Notes: generated by a model not told the origin, from the letters alone. A DNA stretch of 64,000 nucleotides from Bdellovibrionales bacterium (GCA_965262715.1 OZ253553.1:1-64000), one strand, 5' to 3'. Positions 49,729 to 60,394 are shown, counted from the stretch's first letter. Translations and numbers: made by a program.

Positions 49729-50425
49729 GGTTCATGACATCATGAGTTGACTTCTAGAGTGTTTAACTTATTGTTATGACTATGAAAAACAAGTATATTA
49801 TCTGTTCCCTCATTTCTGAGAAGAAATTTAGAGAAATTATCCGTTATTTTTCAGGAGATTTAACAGCTCAACAAATAAGTTATTTTTCCGGTATAAGCAG
49901 AAATGCTATTAACAGAATTTTAAAAAAGCTTCGCATAAGAATAGCTGAATTTTGTGAAAAGGAAAGTATTTTTTCAAAAGGAGAAATTGAAATAGATGAA
50001 AGTTATTTTGGAGCTAAACGGGTTCGTGGTCTTCGTGGTAGAGGATCAAGTGGGAAAACGATCGTCTTTGGTTTGAAAAAAAGAAAAGGCAAAGTATATA
50101 TACTCAAGTGATTAAAAATTGCTCACAAAGCATTCTCGTGCTTCTCATAAGCCAAAAAACACCTAAGAGTGCTACTGTTTTTACAGATGGTTTTAAATCC
50201 TATGATAGCCTTGTAAATATAGGGTATAAGAGACATTACCGTGTACATCATGGAAAGAATGAATTCGCTAAAAAAGAAAAAAATATTAACAATCACATTA
50301 ATGGAATAGAAAACTTTTGGGGTCTGGCTAAAGTAAGACTTTTTAAGTTTAGAGGTATGAATAAAAAAACATTTACTATTAATAAAAAAAATACACCTAA
50401 TAAGGTCCTGATGGTGTCATGAACC
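49729..50425 (+). mobile_element. IS1595-family element with a frameshifted/truncated transposase (49776-50422)
   Basis: TIRs ggttcatgacatcat / atggtgtcatgaacc; EIDESYF, TDGF and HINGIENFW motifs. Confidence 0.88.
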
Positions 50426-50487
50426 TTTATTTATGCCATTGCTTTAGGCAATCTTTTATTAAAGGATAGTAAGTGAGGAGAGATTAG

Positions 50488-51452
50488 ATGAGAGTGTTAT
50501 ATCTATTTCTATCGATACTGGTGGTTAGTGTTTTTGCAAATGCTGATATTTGTGATTCTAATTGGCTTGCAAGTGTTAATGGTAATCGTGTAAGAAGTTT
50601 TGTTAATAATATTAATATTGGTGTAGATATTAATCAAGATTGTGACTTACAAGGTAATCGTCCTTTACTTTACATCGAGCTATATTGATTGATGAAATTG
50701 ATCCTCGTGTGATTGAAGTGCTTATTTATGAGGGTGCTGATGCTGATATTGAAAATCTTGATGGAGACACTCCTATGGACTATGCAAAGAGCCGATTTGA
50801 GAGGGCAATGGCAAGGCTTCATATGGAGAGTAGGGCGTATCAAAGGGAGCAGGTCATTTATAATGGTATGATGGGAATGGGCTCACTAGATTATACATTC
50901 AGTATTATAGATGATACTTACAGTAGGCTTTGTAGTTTTGCTTGGTGGAAAGATATTAATGAAGACCATAGCGAAGGTTTGGTTCAATCGCTTTTAAGTA
51001 CTTCCGGGGTAGATATCAACAATATTTGCAATTCAAATAATGATCGTCCAATCCATTTATCATTAAAGGGGAGTTCTGTTAGATTATCGCCTGATATTTA
51101 TTCAGCAATAGCTGATCTTATTGATGCAGGTGCTGATCTTCATGTTAAAAATAATAATGGTCATTCAGCTTTGGATCTTGTAGAGATGAGGTACCATGAT
51201 ATTACAAATAGAACGATTCAGCTTCAAGAAAGATGGTGTAGAAATGAAGCAGGAAATGATGAATTTAGATATAGAACTGAAGAGGTTGAATATGAGATAG
51301 GTCTTTATGCTTATATGAATGCATCAGTTACAGAGCAAACCTTCGATCAAATAAAAAACAGAATATTAGCACAACTTTATAGATTTAAATTTGATAAACG
51401 GTTAATAGAGAGAAATGTATTATGTCCTTATAGAGGATTTGATATGCCATAG
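50488..51452 (+). pseudogene. Secreted ankyrin-repeat protein, copy 1, frameshifted
   Basis: 5-bp duplication (tttac, 50664-50673) relative to the intact paralog. Confidence 0.85.
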
Positions 51453-52014
51453 ATAAGATTTTATATTTATATAATCTTAACATCTTTATTTTCTGGGATC
51501 TGGCAATCGAGCAATCGGGCAAACTGGCATTCAGGCATGACCATTCAAGTTCAACTTTTCTATTTGCAAGCACTATATATAGATTGAAAAGAGATAAGTA
51601 GTGATAAAAGCTAATGATAAAAATGGGCAGAGGCTCGCCTCGAGAGGCTCGCCTCAGGGCAATGATTTTGGATTTAAGAAAGAAATTGAAAGTCCAGCTC
51701 AAACAGTTCCCGGGGGCCGGTTTGCCAGATTTCCAGATCCCGGATAAGTAAAGGTGCTTAGATAAGAAAGATTATTATTTATTACTAGATAATCTATTTT
51801 GTTTAGGTCTTAAGCTTCCATGATATGGCTACCGGTCTCTGGGAGTCCGGCAAGCAGTTCGGGACCAGTTTGCCAGCCTGCCTGATTGCCGGATCCCGGA
51901 TAAATAAGAGTATTATTACTGATTAAAAAAACCCTTGTTTTTATCTTTTATCTATGCCATTGCTTAGACAATATGATTAAAGTTATTAAAGAATAAAAAA
52001 TAAGGAACAATGAG

Positions 52015-52998
52015 ATGAGAGCGTTATATCTATTTTTATTGATAATGGTGGTTAATGTTTTTGCAGGTGCTGATACTTGTGATTCTAATTGGCTTGCAAG
52101 TGTTAATGGTGATCGTGTAAGAGCTTTTATTAATAATAATGTTAATTTTGGGGTAGATATTGATCAAGCTTGTGATTCAAAAGATAATCGTCCTTTACAC
52201 CGAGCCATATTGATTGATGGAATTGATCCTAGTGTGATTGAGGTGCTTCTCAGCAGGGGTGCTAATGTTGATATTGAAAATACTGATGGAATTACTGCCA
52301 TGAATTATGCAGAGGATCGGCTTGAAAGAGCGATGGTCAGGTTTTTGCCAGAGAGTGTTGCATATCAGAGGGAAGTGGCAATTTATAATGCTATGATGGG
52401 AATGGGCTTACTAGGTGATAATGGTATGATGGGAATAGGTTCACTAGGTTATACATTCAGTATTATTAATAGGTTTTGTGATTCTGCTTGGTGGAAAGAT
52501 ACTAATAGTGATCATAGTGATCATATGATTCAATCGCTTTTACGTATTCATGGGGAAGATATCAACAATATTTGCAATTCAAATAATGATCGTCCAATCC
52601 ATTTATCATTAAAGGGGAGTTCTATTAGATTATCGCCTGATATTTATTCAGCAATAGCTGATCTTATTGATGCAGGTGCTGATCTTCATGTTAAAAATGA
52701 TGATGGTCATTCAGCTTTAGGTCTTGTAGAGATGAGGTACCATGATGTTGCAAATAGGATGATTCAGCTTCAAGAGAAATGGTGTAGAAATGAAGCAGGA
52801 AATGATGAATTTGGATATGGCATTAGAGAGGCTGAATATGAGATAGGTCTTTATGCTTATATGAATGCATCAGTTACAGAGCAAACCTTCGATCAAATAA
52901 AAAACAGAATATTAGCACAACTTTATAGATTTAATTTTGATAAACGGTTAATAGAGAGAAATGTATTATGTCCTTATAGAGGATTTGATATGCCATAG
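52015..52998 (+). CDS. Secreted ankyrin-repeat protein, copy 2
   Basis: Signal peptide; RPLHRA..LLSRGANVD..DGITAM and LIDAGADLHVKNDDGHSAL. Confidence 0.85.
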   Translation: MRALYLFLLIMVVNVFAGADTCDSNWLASVNGDRVRAFINNNVNFGVDIDQACDSKDNRPLHRAILIDGIDPSVIEVLLSRGANVDIENTDGITAMNYAEDRLERAMVRFLPESVAYQREVAIYNAMMGMGLLGDNGMMGIGSLGYTFSIINRFCDSAWWKDTNSDHSDHMIQSLLRIHGEDINNICNSNNDRPIHLSLKGSSIRLSPDIYSAIADLIDAGADLHVKNDDGHSALGLVEMRYHDVANRMIQLQEKWCRNEAGNDEFGYGIREAEYEIGLYAYMNASVTEQTFDQIKNRILAQLYRFNFDKRLIERNVLCPYRGFDMP

Positions 52999-53036
52999 AT
53001 GAGATTTTATATCCGGAATCTGGCATTCAGACAGAC

Positions 53037-53097
53037 TGGTCTGTACCCCATAAACTGGAAAGTTAAGTGATAAAGTAACTCACTTGAGATTCCTGAA
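53037..53097 (+). mobile_element. IS3 left-end remnant (IS3-like right ends also near 53385-53408 and 58584-58605)
   Basis: One mismatch versus 32145-32205. Confidence 0.8.
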
Positions 53098-53446
53098 GTG
53101 TGACTTATGATATTCAAAAAGTGTTACCTATGTCCCAGGGTTGGACACTTCCCAGATCACTGCTATACCTGTAGCATTAGATGATATAAGAAAGAACTAT
53201 TGACTTTAATTTAGGATCAATTTTGCAACTACAACTAACTCGTTTTGTGTTTTGCCTGAATATCTTGTATTAACCGCAAGACAGTCTTGACATCTTTTAT
53301 GTCAAATAAAGCAAACGATTGAGATTGAGTCTCCAAAAAATCCATCCCCGAATTAAGATAACTCTTTGAAAATCCCCGATGGTCACCAATAAAAAGGGTA
53401 CACCTTAAACTCCATGATGAAGTATTTTAAAAGGTAGAACTTGATG

Positions 53447-53761
53447 TTATGCCACTTTACTGGAGTTAGGATCTTCAAGAGATAATTTAACTTTTAAATT
53501 AAAAACTTGTGCAATATGTTTTGTAAGTTTATCTGTACTCCATTTTTGTCTTTTCAAGACAAAGTCTGAAACAAATTGAATTGATAAGTTAGATCTCTTA
53601 GAAAATCTTTGAAGACCCATTGCTTTAATAGTTTCACGAAGTGCTTCATCTACAGTAAGCCCTTCATGATTTACTATATTTAATAAGTAACCCTGAGCAT
53701 ATTCAAGATTATCAAACTTTTTAGCTATAATTTTATCATAACTTTTATTTCTGTTTGGCAT
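53447..53761 (-). CDS. Putative HTH addiction-module antitoxin
   Basis: ATG overlaps the toxin 3' end; YAQGYL..ALRETIKAMG pattern. Confidence 0.75.
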   Translation of the reverse strand: MPNRNKSYDKIIAKKFDNLEYAQGYLLNIVNHEGLTVDEALRETIKAMGLQRFSKRSNLSIQFVSDFVLKRQKWSTDKLTKHIAQVFNLKVKLSLEDPNSSKVA

Positions 53762-54071
53762 AATAACCCCAATATTCTTTAGCTTTTTTAATATCCCTGT
53801 TTTGTGTCTTTTTATCTCCACCAACTAATAACAAAATAACCTCGTCATCATCTTCTCCAAAATACACTCTAAAACCAGATGCATATTGAATCTTTATTTC
53901 AAAAACACCATCTTTTAAATTCTTAAGCGACTTTTTTGCACCACCTTGTGCAACTCTTTGAATAAAACGGTCAATAATAATTTGACTTTTGATGTCCAAA
54001 TTATTAATCCAATCTAAAAAGGGAGATCTACCACTATCAGTTATATAATAATCAACCCTTTTAGCTACCAT
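53745..54071 (-). CDS. RelE/HigB-family toxin (addiction module killer protein)
   Basis: GRSPFLDW, GVFEIKI, GFRVYFG and LLVGGDKKTQNRDIKKAK motifs. Confidence 0.92.
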   Translation of the reverse strand: MVAKRVDYYITDSGRSPFLDWINNLDIKSQIIIDRFIQRVAQGGAKKSLKNLKDGVFEIKIQYASGFRVYFGEDDDEVILLLVGGDKKTQNRDIKKAKEYWGYYAKQK

Positions 54072-54240
54072 TTTACCCTTCTGATTATAAACTACATAAA
54101 AATATGTAGTTTGTCAAGCTCTTTAAAAACACCTTTAATTCTTTTTATCAATTCATCTTAACCTTCTACAACCAAATATCCTATATAATGTTCCTTGATA
54201 AACGAGAATTGTATAAAAGCAACATTGATACATCATATTT

Positions 54241-54660
54241 CTTAAATCATTAGAAAGGTAATTTTGTGTTAGTGAGTTTTTTGGTAAGGCTTTCTGATGA
54301 TGAAAATCCTTTTTTAATCCTCTTAATAGTCACTTTCTCAACATCAAATAAAATCTCCTTGGCGTGGGTAACCTGATCCAAGTAGCAATGATATGTTTAT
54401 GATAATTTTAATGAGTGTTTCCATTATTTCCTCTTTTTTTTAAAAAATTGTGTGTAAATATCCTTTATGATTTTATGCTTTCTTAAAGCCCTTAAAATAG
54501 AGCTTTTTGACGATGAATATTGAGTTAGCTTTTCAATATCACGAGTGGAAAACTTAAGATCAACATAAAGTTTTAAGTAAAATTTTAGCACTTTTTTCTG
54601 GAGTGTTAAGAAGATGTGTAATAAATAAAGATACATAACTAGAATTATCGGCGGAAATGC
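54241..54660 (-). repeat. Island module, complete copy
   Basis: Same left end (ttaaatcattagaaagg) as the 38546 and 41259 copies; both ORFs frameshifted. Confidence 0.9.
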
Positions 54661-57003
54661 CTATAAACATAGCTGCTGAAATATTATAGATTTTAGTTTT
54701 TGACAATCTGTAGCCGTAGTGCCGCCGTTTGAGCCTACACAGTGCCATGTATAATGTGTATTTGTATCGGCTATCGCTGAGTCATTTGCTGTGCCAGAAG
54801 AACAACCATTTTGTTGACTGTTATTACAAACGCCGTTTACCGGTGCAGATTTTGCTTTTTGACAATTTGTAGCAGTAGTGCCGCCATTTGCACCTACGCA
54901 GTACCATCTATAATGTGTATTTGTATCTGCAATAGCGTTGTCATTAGCAGTACCAGCAGAGCAGCCATTTTGTTGGTTGTTATCACAAGCACCGTTAATA
55001 GGTTTTGCCTTTTGACAATTTGTAGCAGTAGTGCCGCCGTTTGAGCCTACACAGTGCCATGTATAATGTGTATTTGTATCGGCTATCGCTGAGTCATTTG
55101 CTGTGCCAGAAGAACAACCATTTTGTTGACTGTTATTACAAACGCCGTTTACCGGTGCAGATTTTGCTTTTTGACAATTTGTAGCAGTAGTGCCGCCATT
55201 TTTACCTACACAGTGCCATGTATAATGAGTATTTGTATCTGCTATAGCTGAGTCATTTGATGTGCCAGCAGAACAACCATTTTGTTGACTGTTATTACAA
55301 ACACCGTTAACAGGTTTTGCTTTTTGACAATTTGTAGCAGTGCTGCCTCCATTTGAACCTTCACAGTGCCATGTATAATGAGTGTTTGTATCGGCTATAG
55401 CTGCATCATTTGCTGTGCCCGAAGAACAACCATTTTGTTGACTGTTATTACAAACGCCGTTGACAGGAGGTATAGCTTTTGTACAACTTGCTGTTGCACC
55501 ACCATTTGAGCCAACACAATGCCATGTATAATGAGTACTTGTATCAGCTATTGCGCCGTCGTCTGGAGTCCCAGCAGTACAATCATTTCTGATGGTGTCA
55601 TCGCCGCAAACACCATTTATTGGTGCTGCTGTATCAATGGCCATACTGCAGCAACCTGTAGCATCAGTGCCATCGTTGGTACCTAAACACTGCCACTGAT
55701 AATGAGTTTCTGAATCATCTATGTCATTTAAAGTACCTTGAATACAACCATTTTTGACGGAGTTATTACATTCTCCATTTACGATTGAAGATGGATTGCG
55801 TGTAACAGCTTGGCCTAATATAGAATTGTCACAGGTCTGATAACTTAATGGACCAGGTAAAGGTCCGGAAAAATAACAATAGCTGCCATCTGATGGACAG
55901 TAATTATAATAAAACTGTTCAACTATATCATCTACCGAAGTTTGACTATCTATAGTGGTAGAAGAAGAGGTTGAAGCTTGTATTGCTATAGTACTTTTTA
56001 CACAGACTTCAGTTGAAGTGATGTCTATTACACCATCACTGCAATTTAGTACATCCTCACTGCCACTATCAATTTGAAATTCACATTGATTCGCATTTTG
56101 AATATTTGTATGTAATGTCCAAGTTCCACCTTCAGGTCTTAAATACTTATAAATGTTATTACTTTCTAACATCACAGCAATTTCTTCATCATTATGTTTA
56201 ATAGTTATTGGATTAAAATGAGGTTTAGAATTAGAGCTCACTTGCAAAACTTGTTTTCGATAGGTGAGGCAATCAGAATTGTCAGGATCTTCTGCAGACA
56301 CCTCAATAGTAACAGAACCAGTAGATTCATCGGTAAAGTCTAATTCAATACTTTCACTATCATCTTCGTTTGTCTCCTCAGTTGAAGAAGGTAATGTGAC
56401 TTTCCATATAATGTTCGAAAAATCTGTAGCATTCTTTAATTCAAAAGTGGCAGTCTGTCCAACAGTCAAAGAACCGCTTTCAAGAAAGATCTCTAAGACA
56501 TCTGTTAATGAGCATTCCTCACCAATCACGAGTTTTTTACTGGCCACAGTTAACAAATCGGAGTTTTTATAAGATGTAGCAAAAATATCATAACTTCCAG
56601 GTTTTTTAAATTGATATTGATATTCTGGTTCAGTTGTTGTCTCTTCTCCATCAGTAACAGTTTCAAAGGATCTAGTAATTTTCCATTTAAAATTTTCAGA
56701 ATCAGAATGACTATTCATAACCTTTAGTTTCACATCACTATCAATTAGGAAATAATCTTCTATCGAGATGCTTTCATCTTCTGATGGTAAATAAGCAATA
56801 ATATAACCTTTATCATTAGATACCGTTTGTTCAGAAAACAGGTTAGGAGCTTGACTTATATTTGAACCGCAGTTTTGAAAAGCTAATAACAATAAAAGTG
56901 AAGCCAATAGAAGTAGATAAAAAGCATTATTAAAACTTAACAAAAAATGCTTTTTTATGTTTTGTTTTTTTATAACCCTAAAGAATTTCATTATTTTTTT
57001 CAT
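54661..57003 (-). CDS. Lipoprotein-like surface protein: FQNC motif, PKD/Ig-like region and seven ~52-aa Cys repeats
   Basis: LLLLAFQNC; YQFKKPGSYDIFA; repeat NGVCNNSQQNGCSSGTAND..DTNTHYTWHC.G.NGG.TATNCQK. Confidence 0.88.
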   Translation of the reverse strand: MKKIMKFFRVIKKQNIKKHFLLSFNNAFYLLLLASLLLLLAFQNCGSNISQAPNLFSEQTVSNDKGYIIAYLPSEDESISIEDYFLIDSDVKLKVMNSHSDSENFKWKITRSFETVTDGEETTTEPEYQYQFKKPGSYDIFATSYKNSDLLTVASKKLVIGEECSLTDVLEIFLESGSLTVGQTATFELKNATDFSNIIWKVTLPSSTEETNEDDSESIELDFTDESTGSVTIEVSAEDPDNSDCLTYRKQVLQVSSNSKPHFNPITIKHNDEEIAVMLESNNIYKYLRPEGGTWTLHTNIQNANQCEFQIDSGSEDVLNCSDGVIDITSTEVCVKSTIAIQASTSSSTTIDSQTSVDDIVEQFYYNYCPSDGSYCYFSGPLPGPLSYQTCDNSILGQAVTRNPSSIVNGECNNSVKNGCIQGTLNDIDDSETHYQWQCLGTNDGTDATGCCSMAIDTAAPINGVCGDDTIRNDCTAGTPDDGAIADTSTHYTWHCVGSNGGATASCTKAIPPVNGVCNNSQQNGCSSGTANDAAIADTNTHYTWHCEGSNGGSTATNCQKAKPVNGVCNNSQQNGCSAGTSNDSAIADTNTHYTWHCVGKNGGTTATNCQKAKSAPVNGVCNNSQQNGCSSGTANDSAIADTNTHYTWHCVGSNGGTTATNCQKAKPINGACDNNQQNGCSAGTANDNAIADTNTHYRWYCVGANGGTTATNCQKAKSAPVNGVCNNSQQNGCSSGTANDSAIADTNTHYTWHCVGSNGGTTATDCQKLKSIIFQQLCL

Positions 57004-57157
57004 TGCTCTATACTTTCATCATCGTTGTATTACGAACCTTCTTTTATGTGCTATGTACTGCTAGTTGTCCAAAAATTTGAAAGGTAAAATGAATAAAAAT
57101 ATCAAAAATGTAAATCTTTAAAACCAAGCCAAAAGACTGGGTTTTTAGCCTACCTGG

Positions 57158-57333
57158 ACTGTAACTTACGTACAAAAGTTACAGTATTAAGTTATTGAAA
57201 TAACTACCGATACAGGTATTGAAGGGCTTTAATTGCTAATAGTCTTTGGTGTAGAAAACGACCAAAAACATCAATGATTTTAAGGGGACAGGACTGTAAC
57301 TTATGTACGTAAGTTACACTATCAAGTTATTGA
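57158..57333. promoter_or_regulatory. Two 28-bp palindromes upstream of the repeat-protein gene
   Basis: actgtaactt-N8-aagttaca(g/c)t at 57158-57185 and 57293-57320, each followed by aagttattga. Confidence 0.6.
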
Positions 57334-57408
57334 TTTTATTGAGTTATTCGAAGTTTCTATCTTTTTTCGATATGGCATTAAGGTCATGAAAAAGTCCAGG
57401 ACCGTTGT

Positions 57409-58012
57409 AAATTGATACAATATGTGCTTCTATGTGCCTTTCTTAAAAATAACTCCTTATATTTCCATTTTAGTGAGTTTTAAAGATTTCCTTAACATGA
57501 TGTAAGAGAATGAAGGGAGTCTCCTTACTAAAGAATAAACATGCTTTTGAGGTAGTCAGCTTTTTATTGAAGGTGTGAACCTTCAAGCTGATTAGATACA
57601 TTTAAAGAGTCTATTATCTATAAATTAAACACTGTAATCTTTAAAAATCTCAGTGAGACAAGCCTTAACGCTTGTCTATTCCAAAAGTGGTCAGAGACCA
57701 GTTTATTTTTAGTGAAACAATTGCAAATTGATACAATATGTGCTTCTATATGCCTTTCTTAAAAAAAACTTCTTATATTTCCATTTTAGTGAGTTTTAAA
57801 GATTTCCTTAACATGATGTAAGAGAATGAAGGGAGTCTCCTTACTAAAGAATAAACATGCTTTTGAGGTAGTCAGCTTTTTATTGAAGGTGTGAACCTTC
57901 AAGCTGATTAGATACATTTAAAGAGTCTATCATCTATAAATTAAACACTGTAATCTTTAAAAATCTCAGTGAGACAAGCCTTAACGCTTGTCTATTCCAA
58001 AAGTGGTCAGAG
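57409..58012. repeat. Tandem 288-bp duplication (57409-57696 and 57725-58012; third partial copy ~58220-58287), each with a partial family A element
   Basis: Near-identical sequence with a period of 316 bp. Confidence 0.92.
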
Positions 58013-58067
58013 TTAGGAGATGGATTGTTTTTTAGAAAAACAAGGAAAAATCTTTGGAGCAATGATT

Positions 58068-58159
58068 TTGATGTTTTAAGCCATTTCTGGAAGTCCTCGA
58101 TTGATCGCTTTGGTAGCGATCAATCTGCGGAAGATCTCGTCTTTGGCTTAAAACATCAA
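58068..58159 (+). repeat. Structured repeat family B (related copies inside IS30 at 30158-30233, 44216-44292 and ~38852-38908)
   Basis: Long outer stem enclosing AGTCCTCGA-hairpin-TCTGCGGAAGA. Confidence 0.7.
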
Positions 58160-58288
58160 CTCTTAATTCCTATGATAAAGATTATAGGTGATTTGTAAGG
58201 AGAAGAGACGGTAAGAGGAAGATTTCCTTAACATGATGTAAGAGAATGAAGGGAGTCTCCTTACTAAAAAATAAACATGCTTTTGAGA

Positions 58289-58462
58289 ATGCCAGCATTA
58301 CAAATGATGAGAGATCGTATAAGGCAAGAAGCTCGACAGGAAGGGTTGCAGAAAGTTGCTATAAATCTTCTAAAAACAACTGATATGGATATACAAGCCA
58401 TAAGTAAAGCAACAGGGCTTTCAGAAAAAGAAGTCTTGCAAATTCAAAGCAAGTGCCAATAA
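58289..58462 (+). CDS. Stand-alone C-terminal tail of an Rpn/YhgA-like (PD-(D/E)xK transposase_31) protein
   Basis: RQEARQEGLQKVAINLL..MDIQAISKATGLSEKEV motif. Confidence 0.65.
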   Translation: MPALQMMRDRIRQEARQEGLQKVAINLLKTTDMDIQAISKATGLSEKEVLQIQSKCQ

Positions 58463-58828
58463 TGTACTTGTATCATTATATGACTTGTACAATACATACA
58501 TTTATACAACTCTATTTTCATTTGTTTATAAGAGGTAAAACTTTTTAGGAAGTTTGTTTCTAATCAAATAACGTAACTTCAAATGAGGTGCACCTTTTAT
58601 TTGGCCACCACTTCAAGTGAATTTTGTTTATTTCATCCTAAAAGCTCTAATAATGACAGTACAAAACTTTGCCGCACCTGCGCCTCATTCAGCTGTTTTA
58701 AGAAGGTTACGGCCTTCTGATGAGTGAGGTAGAATCTCGTTCTTAGAGATAAGATCATCATACTCACGACATAATAAATTTAGGTGTTCAGAACTGAAAT
58801 ATGACACAGTCATCCAAAATTGGATGAG

Positions 58829-58978
58829 TTTTTCAATATCACGAGTGGAAATCTTTAAATTGATGTAGAGTTTTAAGTAAAATCTCATCACTCTTTTCTG
58901 GAGTATTAGAAAAATGTGTAATAAATAAAGAGACATAGTTGGAGTCATAATTGGAGATATCTAAATATTGTATACTCC
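58829..58978 (-). repeat. Island module, part A with junction
   Basis: Homologous to 61157-61285 and 54530-54660. Confidence 0.88.
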
Positions 58979-58987
58979 ACCAATCCT

Positions 58988-60394
58988 GAGGATGTCCCAC
59001 GTTTCGGTGAAATTGAAGTTAAGCAGAGCTTGATGTTTTGCTACGCCTGTTTCTATTGTTAGTCAATAGGTTTAAATTTTCTTCCATTGTATTTAAATCT
59101 TTATACCCTTTAATAGCTCTAAACTTTTTTTCAGCTTCAACTAAAGAAGCAGCAGCCCATCTCATAACCTGATCTGGAGAACTTCTCCAGTTCTTAACCC
59201 TGCTGACTTTATCTCTTACAATAGAAAAAGCAGACTCAATAGGATTTGTAGAAGATAAGGTTCTCCTTAGCAGTGGAGATACCTTCAACTTGATAACTGT
59301 CAGTGTCTCCTCCTTTGCTTCCTTAAGTGAAGCCAATGCTGCATAATTAATCCTGCTTAACCAACTCAGTAACTTATTGTATTCTCTCTGAGCAGAATCA
59401 TAATCATTAAAACCATGCACCATCTTCCAGCGACGCTTAAACTCTAAATGACGTTCCTGAGGTAAATAACTTAAAACATTCCTCTCCTTGTGGTGAATAC
59501 AGCGTTGAACTACTGCTCTCTTACCAAAAACTCTATTAATAGCTGTCCTTAAAGATCTGCTACCATCAATTACAAAAAGGTAAGGCTTATCTGAACAAAG
59601 ACCTCTTGCTATTAAACTCTCTAATAAGTCCTTGCAAACTTCCCAGTTCTCTGTATGACCCTCTCTAAGACCCAGAACTAACTTCTTACCTTCAACTGTG
59701 ATGCCAAGAGCTACAACCACTGTCCTTGATCCAAAAACAACACCATCAATCATAATTGATGAAAACTTATCCTTACTCAGATCACGACCATTTAAAGATT
59801 CAAGAAACTTCCTAGATGACTTATTAAAGACTCTGCTCACTGTACTCTTAGAAAGACCCGTCCCTCCTACAATATCATCAAGAAGTTCATTGTAATTACG
59901 ACAAGATACCCCTCTCATAGCATGACTCAAAACTTTATCACAAAGTATGTCATACTTTTGAAGCACTGAATAAGACCGCAGCTTAATATCAGAACCTCCC
60001 TTCTCCTTCACCCTAGGCTTCCTCACCTGAAGCCTTTGACCTTGTGCAAGAACACTCCCAGAATCACTACCCGCTCTGTAATATCTTGTATCACGACCAC
60101 GACCATGACGCTTACCACACAGTGATAATAACTCATCCTCAAAGAAATCATGGATCATATTAATAACCATTGATCTCATGCGATGCTCTAGGATCTCTCG
60201 AATCTCATTTGACTCAGATGATAAAACTTGAATTGAATAACCATTCTTACTACTCTTCATAATAGCTCCTTTCTGTTATCTATTTCCTGATAAAATAAAA
60301 ACAGTAAACAACGGCTAGACCACTTAGGATAGCCGGGAGCTCTACTTTCTTCTAATTTCTATAAGAAAATTTCACCGATCTATGGGACAACCTC
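58988..60394 (-). mobile_element. IS256-family element with an 8-bp target duplication (CCAATCCT)
   Basis: TIRs gaggatgtccca..cggtgaaatt / ttcaccga..tgggacaacctc; ccaatcct at 58980-58987 and 60395-60402. Confidence 0.95.
59019..60260 (-). CDS. IS256-family (mutator) transposase
   Basis: IMIDG, VIDG, QRCIHHK and STNPIES motifs. Confidence 0.94.
   Translation of the reverse strand: MKSSKNGYSIQVLSSESNEIREILEHRMRSMVINMIHDFFEDELLSLCGKRHGRGRDTRYYRAGSDSGSVLAQGQRLQVRKPRVKEKGGSDIKLRSYSVLQKYDILCDKVLSHAMRGVSCRNYNELLDDIVGGTGLSKSTVSRVFNKSSRKFLESLNGRDLSKDKFSSIMIDGVVFGSRTVVVALGITVEGKKLVLGLREGHTENWEVCKDLLESLIARGLCSDKPYLFVIDGSRSLRTAINRVFGKRAVVQRCIHHKERNVLSYLPQERHLEFKRRWKMVHGFNDYDSAQREYNKLLSWLSRINYAALASLKEAKEETLTVIKLKVSPLLRRTLSSTNPIESAFSIVRDKVSRVKNWRSSPDQVMRWAAASLVEAEKKFRAIKGYKDLNTMEENLNLLTNNRNRRSKTSSSA

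Noticed and set aside
50488..52998. Diversity-generating retroelement TR/VR pair
   Set aside because: No reverse transcriptase; differences are not adenine-specific and include indels
39697..53175. ~30-bp similarity between 39697-39728 and 53146-53173, and an IS481-like end motif near 53120
   Set aside because: Too short and degenerate to assign; treated as debris
54424..54748. Track ORFs 54424-54636 and 54560-54748 (likewise 58685-58948, 61167-61358, 61790-61978) as independent genes
   Set aside because: They are frameshifted pieces of module part A fused to neighbouring sequence
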